A stretch of 58,547 nucleotides of DNA from positions 1 through 58,547 of IMG/VR virus record IMGVR_UViG_3300037156_000120; one strand, 5' to 3'. Position numbers and translations under genes: made by a program. Origin of the DNA: a virus. Taxonomy: Duplodnaviria > Caudoviricetes. The notes beneath the pieces are model-generated. The model saw only the letters and a program-made list of their open reading frames with translations. It did not search any database and was not told the origin of the DNA. How positions within the stretch are numbered: position 1 is the stretch's first letter; each line of letters begins with the position of its first letter. Below, piece after piece: positions 9,668 to 16,984 of this stretch.

Positions 9668-10192
9668 ATGCTTCCGACATTCGAGACAGCGTTGCGTCTT
9701 TTGCTTCAACACGAAGGCGGCTTCGTCAACAATAGTTCTGATCCTGGCGGAAGAACCAACCTCGGCGTAACGCAGCGCCAGTGGGAAAAATACGTCGGCC
9801 ACCCGGTAGACGAAGCCGACATGAGGGCCCTTACGCCCGCGCGCGTATCCCCTTTCTACAAGACCGAATATTGGGATGCGATAAAGGGCGACGCGCTGCC
9901 AGCTGGCGTCGATGACTGCCTGCTCGATTGTTGTGTCAACAGCGGCCCCGGGCGCGCAGTAAAGATCCTGCAGGGCGTTCTCGGCCTTGCCGAGGATGGC
10001 GCGATCGGCCCGGCGACGATTACTGCGGTCTCGTCACGATCGCCGCACGACACGATTCCAGCATATTGTGCTGCCCGGCTGGCTTTCCTGAAGACGCTCC
10101 CAACATGGCCGACATTCGGCAAGGGCTGGGAAGCGCGCGTCGTTGAGGTTCAGACCGAGGCGCTGGCTTTCGTCAGCCACGACAAAAGTTAG
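9668..10192 (+). CDS. Endolysin, glycoside hydrolase family 108 with a peptidoglycan-binding C-terminus
   Basis: HEGGFVN..DPGGRTNLGVT motif, DGAIGPAT, and FGKGW..R C-terminus. Confidence 0.92.
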   Translation: MLPTFETALRLLLQHEGGFVNNSSDPGGRTNLGVTQRQWEKYVGHPVDEADMRALTPARVSPFYKTEYWDAIKGDALPAGVDDCLLDCCVNSGPGRAVKILQGVLGLAEDGAIGPATITAVSSRSPHDTIPAYCAARLAFLKTLPTWPTFGKGWEARVVEVQTEALAFVSHDKS

Positions 10193-10205
10193 GCTCCCTC
10201 TCTGA

Positions 10206-10439
10206 CTATTCTGTTGGGGATTGGCGCGGTGAGCCGTCAGCGTTGCGTGTAAGCGCGACGTTGATCCACATCGCTGTCTCGCGGATGCGGCGTAGAATGT
10301 AGGTCTTGTCCGGGCCGTCATCGAGCGCCTTGTCGATCACGGCGGCATAGTCAGCCGTGGTCTTACGCAGGGCGTTCATCACATCAACCTGCCCATCGGT
10401 CGGCTTGAGATAGTCAAATGTCGAAGGGTGTAAAAGCAT
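10206..10439 (-). CDS. Acb2/Tad1-like helical hairpin protein (putative immune-nucleotide sponge)
   Basis: FDYLKPTDGQVDVMNALR...GPDKTYILRRIRETAMWINVALTR matches the FxYxxPxxxQ...R...ExxMWxNxxxxR pattern. Confidence 0.55.
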   Translation of the reverse strand: MLLHPSTFDYLKPTDGQVDVMNALRKTTADYAAVIDKALDDGPDKTYILRRIRETAMWINVALTRNADGSPRQSPTE

Positions 10440-10481
10440 TTTCAGTTCTCCTTTATGCCGGGGGAAGGCCCGGCTCCTTAC

Positions 10482-10670
10482 CTAGAATTGTGAAACTGGA
10501 TTGAACCGGGTACTGGCGCGACCATCGGCAAACGCCTTTTCCAATTCTTTCTGGATCAGGTCTTTGGGCCATGCGTCATCCGGCACCGGCTTGGCGTGAG
10601 GCCAGCGAACTTCCCAGCCGAAATCCGTGATCGTGTCGTACAGGTGCTTGGCGCGTTCGGCAGGCGTCAT
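10482..10670 (-). CDS. Hypothetical protein
   Basis: 62-aa ORF with a GGAG RBS in the - strand gene array. Confidence 0.6.
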   Translation of the reverse strand: MTPAERAKHLYDTITDFGWEVRWPHAKPVPDDAWPKDLIQKELEKAFADGRASTRFNPVSQF

Positions 10671-10837
10671 GGTTTGCTCCCTACTTGGATATGATTGCGG
10701 CGAGAATGCCGATCAGCAGGACGGTCTGCACCCATGACAGCAGTATTCCGATGGTGACTTGTCTAAGTGCTTCGCGCCGCTCTGGGTCTGTCCGCGCAAT
10801 CCAGTCTCTAGTTTCGTCGTCCACGGTCTCTCCTCTC

Positions 10838-11338
10838 TTATTCGTTCACTAGGGCGATGAAGGCACCACCACCGAAAATAAGCGCAAGCATGAATGACAG
10901 CCATCCCCACCACGCGAAGGCGACATTGTGCGGAGATATTCCGATGCCTTTTGGTTCGGCAATGGCCCCGCTAGTGTGAACAAGAGTTTCACGGACGCGC
11001 ATCATGGTGTTGGAAATCTCCAACGGCGCATCATTCTTAGGAAGGGCGCTTAGGATGGCTCGGCTGTCCACCATCCGGCGATACCAGAAGCCAATGTCGT
11101 TTGTCGGGTAGTTGAATAAGACGCCAGTATTCCCGGCGGTCATCCCGTTTCGTTCGGCATAGGCGATGGCCGCGTCTAGCCTCTGCACGGCAATGGCCGG
11201 GTCGGGGGAGGACGCCGCCTGCGAAATGTAATCTTCGCAGTTCAGTCCGAATTGAATGTTGTAATAGATGCGAGTGCCAGCCCACGCCAAAAAGGCGAAG
11301 CAAGCCATCGCGCCGATAAATCCAAAAAACGCTTTCAT
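10838..11338 (-). CDS. Membrane protein with N- and C-terminal TM helices
   Basis: MKAFFGFIGAMACFAFLAW and FAWWGWLSFMLALIFGGGAFIAL; GGGAGA RBS. Confidence 0.75.
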   Translation of the reverse strand: MKAFFGFIGAMACFAFLAWAGTRIYYNIQFGLNCEDYISQAASSPDPAIAVQRLDAAIAYAERNGMTAGNTGVLFNYPTNDIGFWYRRMVDSRAILSALPKNDAPLEISNTMMRVRETLVHTSGAIAEPKGIGISPHNVAFAWWGWLSFMLALIFGGGAFIALVNE

Positions 11339-11351
11339 CAAAAGTCTCCCC

Positions 11352-11558
11352 TTATAGAGATTGAAGTTTGCCAGCGCGGCCATCACGGAAGGTGCGCTGC
11401 TCTCTACCAGCCGCCTTTCCGTTCTGATAGCCGGTGGCATACGCCTTGCGGCTCTCGGTGCTACCGGGGCCGCTTGGCGGGTTGCTGCCGTTGCCGTGGA
11501 GGCCGTCTTGATACCCGGCGCGGGTCCAATCGGCGGCGGTCACAACTTTCGGTTCCAT
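11352..11558 (-). CDS. Small protein with an Rmf-like GY..G...P...Y..GY..G pattern
   Basis: RAGYQDGLHG...KAYATGYQNG; GGGAGA RBS. Confidence 0.5.
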   Translation of the reverse strand: MEPKVVTAADWTRAGYQDGLHGNGSNPPSGPGSTESRKAYATGYQNGKAAGREQRTFRDGRAGKLQSL

Positions 11559-11569
11559 GAAAAGTCTCC

Positions 11570-11746
11570 CTATCTGACTTTCTTAAAGTGTTTGTCCCAG
11601 CACTTGTCGCAGACCGTGAATGTCGTGCCGCCTTCATCCTTTGAGCGGAGCGTCCCGCAATCCTCGCAAGGATAGACGCGATCACTGTTGTTCTTTGGCG
11701 AACGGACCGGCCCGCTACGGTCACAGACTTTAACGACGCTTCGCAT
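11570..11746 (-). CDS. Small zinc-ribbon protein (58 aa; not in ORF track)
   Basis: Manual translation MRSVVKVC...CEDC...CDKCWDKHFKKVR; GGGGAG RBS. Confidence 0.6.
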   Translation of the reverse strand: MRSVVKVCDRSGPVRSPKNNSDRVYPCEDCGTLRSKDEGGTTFTVCDKCWDKHFKKVR

Positions 11747-11749
11747 TTC

Positions 11750-11810
11750 GCTCCCCTACTGATTTTTGTAGCCGGGGAGAAACTGCACCCCAGCCGTGTT
11801 GACCCGCGCC
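11750..11810. repeat. 61-bp exact direct repeat, copy 1 (copy 2 at 13074-13134)
   Basis: GCTCCCCTACTGATTTTTGTAGCCGGGGAGAAACTGCACCCCAGCCGTGTTGACCCGCGCC occurs at both sites. Confidence 0.95.
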
Positions 11811-11854
11811 TTGTAGCAAGTATCGCATGTGCATGGGCATTCGCCGTGGGTCAT
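11756..11854 (-). CDS. 32-aa Cys-rich chimeric mini-ORF
   Basis: MTHGECPCTCDTCYKARVNTAGVQFLPGYKNQ with a GGAG RBS; last 17 codons identical to those of 13080-13298. Confidence 0.5.
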   Translation of the reverse strand: MTHGECPCTCDTCYKARVNTAGVQFLPGYKNQ

Positions 11855-11864
11855 GGTCGCTCCT

Positions 11865-12170
11865 TTATATCAATTCGCCAAGTTGGAATTTTACGCAAGC
11901 GCGGCGAAACAGCGTGGAAAGTTTCGGTCCTTTGAATGTGTTAGTCTTCTCGACCCAGCCCATCTTCCACCACTTACCTATGCCACAGCACTTCAAACAT
12001 TCCTGCATCGCGGTACGCAACCGCTTCCCGTATCCGCCGTGGCTGCCAGTGCAGCAGCCATAGTGCCACTTAAGACCGGACTCTTCGATGCCATCGCCGG
12101 GTCGCGACATCATAACGCCGCGCGCTTCGAGCCAATCGGCTGCCAGCTTTTCTCTATCGCGGAGTAGCAT
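11865..12170 (-). CDS. Hypothetical protein
   Basis: 101-aa ORF with a GGAG RBS in the operon. Confidence 0.6.
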   Translation of the reverse strand: MLLRDREKLAADWLEARGVMMSRPGDGIEESGLKWHYGCCTGSHGGYGKRLRTAMQECLKCCGIGKWWKMGWVEKTNTFKGPKLSTLFRRACVKFQLGELI

Positions 12171-12181
12171 TTCCCGGCTCC

Positions 12182-12673
12182 CTACTTGGCTTCTGTTGAT
12201 ACTGAAACAATCGCAACCAGCAATTCGTGCGAACGCTCAAGATACTGCACCCGCGTTTCTTCGGTCCATGACAGCGCGCCCTTGTCGGCAAGATGCTCGA
12301 TTGCTGCTTCGATCTTCTTGGTCGAAACAGGAAAGCACTCTTTGGCGTTGATCTCTAGATCATTTCGCAGCGTCATCGTGACAGGGACGCGCCGAAGGAA
12401 AAGACCGCCCATGTCGTGATGCTGGCGACTGTTCGGCTCCATGCCGCGCGCCTCAGCGTCACCGGCCCGATACCATTCATGGGTCGCGGTCAAAGATTGA
12501 TCGACACGGTAGAACTCGCTTTGCGCCACGCCATCACAAAAGCGCACCCGACACGGGGCCATGAATGGCGTCGTGCCATCGTCCTTGTCCACGGTGACAT
12601 ACCACGAATTGCACTTCCGGCATGTATAGCGGTTTTTCTGGCCGACTAGGCTGTTGCCGTTCTTGTCGCTCAT
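12182..12673 (-). CDS. Hypothetical protein with an N-terminal Cys cluster
   Basis: CRKC...CRVRFC; start overlaps the upstream stop. Confidence 0.7.
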   Translation of the reverse strand: MSDKNGNSLVGQKNRYTCRKCNSWYVTVDKDDGTTPFMAPCRVRFCDGVAQSEFYRVDQSLTATHEWYRAGDAEARGMEPNSRQHHDMGGLFLRRVPVTMTLRNDLEINAKECFPVSTKKIEAAIEHLADKGALSWTEETRVQYLERSHELLVAIVSVSTEAK

Positions 12674-12885
12674 CAGATGAACCCCTTATCCTTTGCCAGC
12701 CATTCTGGCATCGTGAACGTGCCATCGTCGTTCCGCTCTACCTGAGACTTGGGCACCCATTCGGTGTACTGCCCGTCATAGATGCGGAAAGCCTTTTCGG
12801 TTTCGCCTTTGAGTTCGGCGGAAATGTCTACGAGGTCCGACGCGCACTCACCGCGATTGCCAGCGTTGCCGTATGGGAGCACCAT
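12673..12885 (-). CDS. Small conserved-type phage protein
   Basis: ETEKAFRI...WVPKSQV...MPEWLAKDKG motif typical of small phage beta-proteins. Confidence 0.75.
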   Translation of the reverse strand: MVLPYGNAGNRGECASDLVDISAELKGETEKAFRIYDGQYTEWVPKSQVERNDDGTFTMPEWLAKDKGFI

Positions 12886-13067
12886 CAAAATTCCCCTTCG
12901 CGTTCGGCATAGTCGCCGCACCAATCTGTTTTCTGCACGATAGGCCAACACGCGAGCCACGGCTTTTTCTCCGCGAGCCTTTCGGCGGCAATCGTCGCGC
13001 CGCATGGAGCCATCCGGCGGCATTGCTCTGTTGGCACATCGAAGAACTTGCATGTCTCACACTTCAC
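12885..13067 (-). CDS. Small Cys-rich protein
   Basis: CETC..F...CRR..P...WP.V...DWCG pattern. Confidence 0.7.
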   Translation of the reverse strand: MKCETCKFFDVPTEQCRRMAPCGATIAAERLAEKKPWLACWPIVQKTDWCGDYAEREGEF

Positions 13068-13073
13068 GGCCCG

Positions 13074-13134
13074 GCTCCCCTACTGATTTTTGTAGCCGGG
13101 GAGAAACTGCACCCCAGCCGTGTTGACCCGCGCC
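13074..13134. repeat. 61-bp exact direct repeat, copy 2
   Basis: Identical to 11750-11810. Confidence 0.95.
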
Positions 13135-13298
13135 GGACGCCAGACCATGCCGCAATGTTGGCAAGCGTGAGTGTGGTGCGGCTTCGTCGCAAACTCGCCT
13201 TCGTCAATGTGCCGCTCGCCGCAAGCTGGGCACCAGAGCAGCATCGGGAAAATGTCTACCGCGTCTTGGATCATCCGAACGCTTGGCTTCTTGCTCAC
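13080..13298 (-). CDS. Zinc-ribbon protein
   Basis: CPAC...HHTHACQHC. Confidence 0.7.
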   Translation of the reverse strand: MSKKPSVRMIQDAVDIFPMLLWCPACGERHIDEGEFATKPHHTHACQHCGMVWRPARVNTAGVQFLPGYKNQ

Positions 13299-13310
13299 GG
13301 CTTCACTCCT

Positions 13311-13733
13311 TCACTGATTTTTGGTTGGCTGGAAGATTACGATTGCAGACGGAAACGGCGCTGAGTTTTTATGACCGCCGAACTTCAACCGTCCACGCAA
13401 AAATTCTACCTGTCCCTTGATCGCGTAGTCATGCCACCACGCAGTATCGGTTCTGGCCGGAACAAGACACACCACCGTCGCGCCAGATTGGGCGCTCTCG
13501 TAAGCCTTCTTCATCCACCGGCCTATCGTGCGACCATAGGGCGGGTTCATCCAGCACACGCCGGTCCACTCCTGCACCAAGCCGTTCTCGGCTTCGGAAA
13601 AGTATTCGTAGCATTTTGTGTTGTCCTTGTTCGCGCAAACATCGCGCACGAAATGCCAGCGCGCATGAAGGCGGTCAAACAAATCTTGCGGCGTTGACCA
13701 TAGATCGGTGGCGCTGCTGAAATGGACGTTCAA
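13311..13733 (-). CDS. Phage DNA N6-adenine methyltransferase (Dam-like)
   Basis: W.TP, D.CA, WMNPPY, LVPARTDT.WWH, GRLKF, APFPS motifs; TTG start overlapping the upstream TGA. Confidence 0.9.
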   Translation of the reverse strand: MNVHFSSATDLWSTPQDLFDRLHARWHFVRDVCANKDNTKCYEYFSEAENGLVQEWTGVCWMNPPYGRTIGRWMKKAYESAQSGATVVCLVPARTDTAWWHDYAIKGQVEFLRGRLKFGGHKNSAPFPSAIVIFQPTKNQ

Positions 13734-13891
13734 TGCGTCCTCCCGAAAGTGATAATTGTCGTGAGGCCAAGGGCGCAAGCCCAATACCCAGCCGCCCACA
13801 AGTTTCCGGCGAACAGCCAGCGCGTCACCGCCAGCCCGTACAGGGTCATGATGACGAAGTTGAAAATGCGAGGGTCTAGCAGGACGGTCAA
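13730..13891 (-). CDS. 53-aa two-TM membrane peptide, paralog A (not in ORF track)
   Basis: MTVLLDPRIFNFVIMTLYGLAVTRWLFAGNLWAAGYWACALGLTTIITFGRTH; GGAG RBS, TTG start. Confidence 0.75.
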   Translation of the reverse strand: MTVLLDPRIFNFVIMTLYGLAVTRWLFAGNLWAAGYWACALGLTTIITFGRTH

Positions 13892-13904
13892 AATCGCTCC
13901 CTCG

Positions 13905-14630
13905 TTATGCTGCTTTGGTTCTGGACAATTCCAGCCGCTTTTGCGCCATCACAAAATACTCACCCTCTAGTTCTATGCCAATGAAGTTCCGGCCAGTGTT
14001 GATTGCGGCGTGGCCTGTTGTGCCGCTGCCCATCACATTGTCGAGGATGGTGTCGCCGGGGTTGCTGTAAGTGCGGATCAGATATTCGCAGAGGGCGAGC
14101 GGCTTCTGCGTCGGGTGTTTTCCTCCCCGCTGCTTGTCGCTTGAAAACCGCAGCACATCGCGCGGGTAACGGGTGGTGCTGTCATACGGCGTCCGGTCAT
14201 GCTCGTTATAGACCGGACAATCTTCGCGGCGTTTCTTGGTGGAAACCTTGCGTGCATGGCCGCTGGTCATCTGCGGATTGTAGGTATATCCGCCAGCAGA
14301 GAACACCAAGATATTTTCGTGTGCCTTCATCGGTGCGCGGTTGGCGTTGAGGTGCCCGGTGGCATTTCCCTTTTCCCAAATCCATTCGTGGCGCAGTTCT
14401 TTGATGTTGCTCATACCAAGCATCTTATCGAAGGGCGATTGAGCGAACAGGACGATAGCGCCACGGCATACGCGCCTGAACTCCGGCCATAGCCGCTGCA
14501 GGTCAATGGGGCTATCCCATTTGCAGTTGGTGGTGCCATACGGAAGATCGGCAAGGATCATCGCAGCCGAGCGGCTGTTCAGCCCCGGCAGGATTTCCAT
14601 GCAATCTCCATGTAGTAGATGCGCGGTCAA
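13905..14630 (-). CDS. DNA methyltransferase, N6/N4 (beta class)
   Basis: DLPYG catalytic motif before HPTQKP and LDNVMGSGTTG SAM-binding motif. Confidence 0.92.
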   Translation of the reverse strand: MTAHLLHGDCMEILPGLNSRSAAMILADLPYGTTNCKWDSPIDLQRLWPEFRRVCRGAIVLFAQSPFDKMLGMSNIKELRHEWIWEKGNATGHLNANRAPMKAHENILVFSAGGYTYNPQMTSGHARKVSTKKRREDCPVYNEHDRTPYDSTTRYPRDVLRFSSDKQRGGKHPTQKPLALCEYLIRTYSNPGDTILDNVMGSGTTGHAAINTGRNFIGIELEGEYFVMAQKRLELSRTKAA

Positions 14631-14688
14631 AATCGCTCCTCGTTTGCAGGGTCGGCGGCTCGGACGATTAGCCCAAGCCGCCTTCCGG

Positions 14689-14838
14689 TTACTTGATCGT
14701 CTTTTCAGATGCGACGGCGCACCGTGCGTTCGCTGCGTTGCAAGCCGCCTGTGAAAACTTCAAGGCGTCGTCCGACTTCTCCGCGCTCGCGGCCTTATCT
14801 ATCAGTTGTTCAACGGCACTTTTCGTCTCAGTCGTCAT
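14689..14838 (-). CDS. 49-aa helical protein flanked by hairpins (not in ORF track)
   Basis: MTTETKSAVEQLIDKAASAEKSDDALKFSQAACNAANARCAVASEKTIK; GGAG RBS lies inside a hairpin loop. Confidence 0.7.
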   Translation of the reverse strand: MTTETKSAVEQLIDKAASAEKSDDALKFSQAACNAANARCAVASEKTIK

Positions 14839-14844
14839 CGGGTT

Positions 14845-15078
14845 CTAGCTCCGATTAGAAAGCCCAGAGCCGCTGGGCGCGGTTTCGAGTGCGTCTAGGA
14901 CGTGCTGCGGGTTATAGCCGGGTTTGAAGTGCCACTCTGCATCTGCCCCGCAATAGGTCATGTCCGCGACATAATTTAGCGCCTCTCTCGCCTTCCGCAG
15001 CTTCGCAGAGGCGGCCATGCGAGCGTCCATATCTCGGTGCTGTTGCTCAACGCTGACGAGAACTTGTGTCCTGCTCAT
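14845..15078 (-). CDS. Hypothetical protein
   Basis: ATG start just downstream of the MTase stop; continuous operon. Confidence 0.55.
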   Translation of the reverse strand: MSRTQVLVSVEQQHRDMDARMAASAKLRKAREALNYVADMTYCGADAEWHFKPGYNPQHVLDALETAPSGSGLSNRS

Positions 15079-15088
15079 ACCTTTGCCC

Positions 15089-15715
15089 CTAAACTGCAAG
15101 AGTGAACTGCCGCTGCGCTGCCTCGATGCGCTGGCAGGCAATGTCGAAATACTTTGGATCAATCTCTATGCCGGTGAATTTTCGCTCCATCTGCACCGCC
15201 GCCACGCCGGTTGTCCCACTACCCATGAACGGGTCGAGAATGGTTTCGGCAGGTTCGGGCAATTTAGAAATGCACCACTTCATGACGCGAAGCGGCTTTT
15301 GTGTCGGATGACAGCCGCGCTCTGCGTTAGTGGCCGCGATTGTCTGGTCCACCAACCGAGCGTTGCCGTCTAGATTGGTCCAGGCCATTTCACAATCCGC
15401 CATAGTTATGACGGCATCGCGCTTATACCAGACTAGAAAGCAGCGTGACGGTGGCAAGGAGAAGTAGTTTCCGCCCCAGACCACCGCGCTCTTTGCTTTT
15501 GAGATTGCCAGTTCGATGTTCTTTTGTGGCGCACAGGCATCCCAAACCTTGTATTTGCCCTCGAACTTTTTACCCCATGTTCCGCCTTGCAATTTCTCCC
15601 CAAGCCCATATGGCGGGTCAGTCACCAAAGCATCAGCCGTCCCAAGCGTCGGCAATATCTCCCGGCAGTCTCCCAGGTAGAGCGTAGCGTTTCCGATTGT
15701 CTCAGCCCGGCTCAA
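15089..15715 (-). CDS. DNA methyltransferase, N6/N4 (beta class)
   Basis: TDPPYG, HPTQKP, LDPFMGSGTTG, GIEID; TTG start overlapping the upstream TGA. Confidence 0.92.
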   Translation of the reverse strand: MSRAETIGNATLYLGDCREILPTLGTADALVTDPPYGLGEKLQGGTWGKKFEGKYKVWDACAPQKNIELAISKAKSAVVWGGNYFSLPPSRCFLVWYKRDAVITMADCEMAWTNLDGNARLVDQTIAATNAERGCHPTQKPLRVMKWCISKLPEPAETILDPFMGSGTTGVAAVQMERKFTGIEIDPKYFDIACQRIEAAQRQFTLAV

Positions 15716-15873
15716 TGTTTGTACCCGAATGTGACAGTTAGCGTGATAGCGAGCGCCGAGAGCCAGTAGCAGCAATCGGCCCATGACCCATTGATGGCCC
15801 AGCGCATCGCATTGGCGCAGTACAGGCCAATGATGATGAAGTTAAAAATGCGCGGGTCTAGAAGATAGGCCAC
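15712..15873 (-). CDS. 53-aa two-TM membrane peptide, paralog B (not in ORF track)
   Basis: MAYLLDPRIFNFIIIGLYCANAMRWAINGSWADCCYWLSALAITLTVTFGYKH; GGAG RBS, GTG start. Confidence 0.75.
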   Translation of the reverse strand: MAYLLDPRIFNFIIIGLYCANAMRWAINGSWADCCYWLSALAITLTVTFGYKH

Positions 15874-15882
15874 GGTTGCTCC

Positions 15883-16074
15883 TCATTTAACCAGTGTTGG
15901 CTTAGAAAGTTGTCTGGCGGCTGAAACAGTCGTCTGAGTGAACGAGCTATTCAAATCCTCGCGGCTCAGATAGTTCATTTCGCCCTTCCCACATTCCCAG
16001 CAAATAACTTCGCGCTCGCTGTCCTCCAAGTTTCCGCAATGGCCGCAGCGCCATATTCCTTTTATCTTCGCCAT
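15883..16074 (-). CDS. Zinc-ribbon protein
   Basis: CGHC...CWEC; GGGAG RBS before MAKIKG. Confidence 0.65.
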   Translation of the reverse strand: MAKIKGIWRCGHCGNLEDSEREVICWECGKGEMNYLSREDLNSSFTQTTVSAARQLSKPTLVK

Positions 16075-16085
16075 GCCCGTCTCCC

Positions 16086-16223
16086 TCAGTGGAAAGTGAT
16101 GTGGTGAAACGCCCACCAGATGGCAGCCGGTATCCCGACAACGACAGCCGCAGCCGCGACGATCATCCCGAAGATGCCGAATTTAATCAGCGTGTCTAAG
16201 CCGTCGAACATACCCGGTCCCAT
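16086..16223 (-). CDS. 45-aa single-TM peptide
   Basis: MGPGMFDGLDTLIKFGIFGMIVAAAAVVVGIPAAIWWAFHHITFH fills the gap in the operon. Confidence 0.55.
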   Translation of the reverse strand: MGPGMFDGLDTLIKFGIFGMIVAAAAVVVGIPAAIWWAFHHITFH

Positions 16224-16225
16224 GA

Positions 16226-16411
16226 TTATCCCCCTGCTTGAAGTTGTGGCGCGATGTTCGCCAGTCGTGTTTGATCCAGCCGCAGGCGCTCACCGTAATA
16301 GGCAATGGCCCACCGAAGGGTAATGGCCTCGCAATCCACGCACGGTTCATCAAACGTCTTTCCGTGGGAACAGCCTTTGCGCTTTACGTCTGACAAATTC
16401 GGCTCCTTCAA
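16226..16411 (-). CDS. Hypothetical small protein (CxH...CxxC)
   Basis: Start overlaps the upstream stop; Cys/His cluster. Confidence 0.55.
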   Translation of the reverse strand: MKEPNLSDVKRKGCSHGKTFDEPCVDCEAITLRWAIAYYGERLRLDQTRLANIAPQLQAGG

Positions 16412-16947
16412 TCTGCTAGATGTTTTGGTGGACGCCCGACGCCAACGCCGCGCGGCTTCAAAAGCTGATAGGCCAAGCTGCGGGTCAGGCCGATCAGGGC
16501 CAACACTTCCGCCAGCTTCAATTTCGGATTGCGCCAGTGAACCAGCATTTCGCGCTCGGACATTTTGGCCCGGTCCACTATCTCCTGGCGGCGCTTCTCG
16601 GCCAGATATGCCTCCGAAGGCTTCTCAGGCTCCAGCGCGGCATCGCGCATCGTTACGCCGTGGGTTTTGCTGTCCTGGCCGGTCACAATGTCATGGACGG
16701 TCACGCCCTGGCCGTGGAAGCGTTCCAGCGCCTTGCGGATCGCCACCTTGCCGCCGAAGCTGCGAAGGCCATCCACGGTGCCAAGGCGCTCGCCGCTCTT
16801 GAGCGTGATCTTCGACCAATGCTCTGACGGCTCCCAGCCTTCGTAAATATCCTTGCCGCGAACGCCCATATCCACCATGCGGGCGAAAACCTTCTTGGTC
16901 CCGGCATAGTATCTAATTGGTTTTGGGGCTGGTTTTTCTTTAAGCAT
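16408..16947 (-). CDS. Degenerate serine-resolvase-like protein with C-terminal HTH and AT-hook
   Basis: LKSGERLGTVDGLRSFG...RFHGQGVTVHDIVTGQDS resembles the resolvase core; LAEVLALIGLTRSLAYQLL HTH; GRPPK; no YxRVS. Confidence 0.55.
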   Translation of the reverse strand: MLKEKPAPKPIRYYAGTKKVFARMVDMGVRGKDIYEGWEPSEHWSKITLKSGERLGTVDGLRSFGGKVAIRKALERFHGQGVTVHDIVTGQDSKTHGVTMRDAALEPEKPSEAYLAEKRRQEIVDRAKMSEREMLVHWRNPKLKLAEVLALIGLTRSLAYQLLKPRGVGVGRPPKHLAD

Positions 16948-16955
16948 GGAAACAT

Positions 16956-16984
16956 TCCATAGCCTATGGACAATTACCCGTCAA
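16956..16984 (-). promoter_or_regulatory. Putative sigma70 promoter with palindromic operator
   Basis: TTGACG-17-TATGGA overlapping the palindrome TCCATAG-C-CTATGGA, only 8 nt before the ATG. Confidence 0.45.

Noticed and set aside
11750-13134. DGR template/variable repeat pair
   Set aside because: The copies are identical with no adenine-specific mismatches, and no reverse transcriptase was found
13734-13799. ORF-track N-terminal extensions of the MTases (to 13799 and 15784)
   Set aside because: These stretches encode the 53-aa membrane paralogs in another frame; MTase similarity begins at the overlapping TTG
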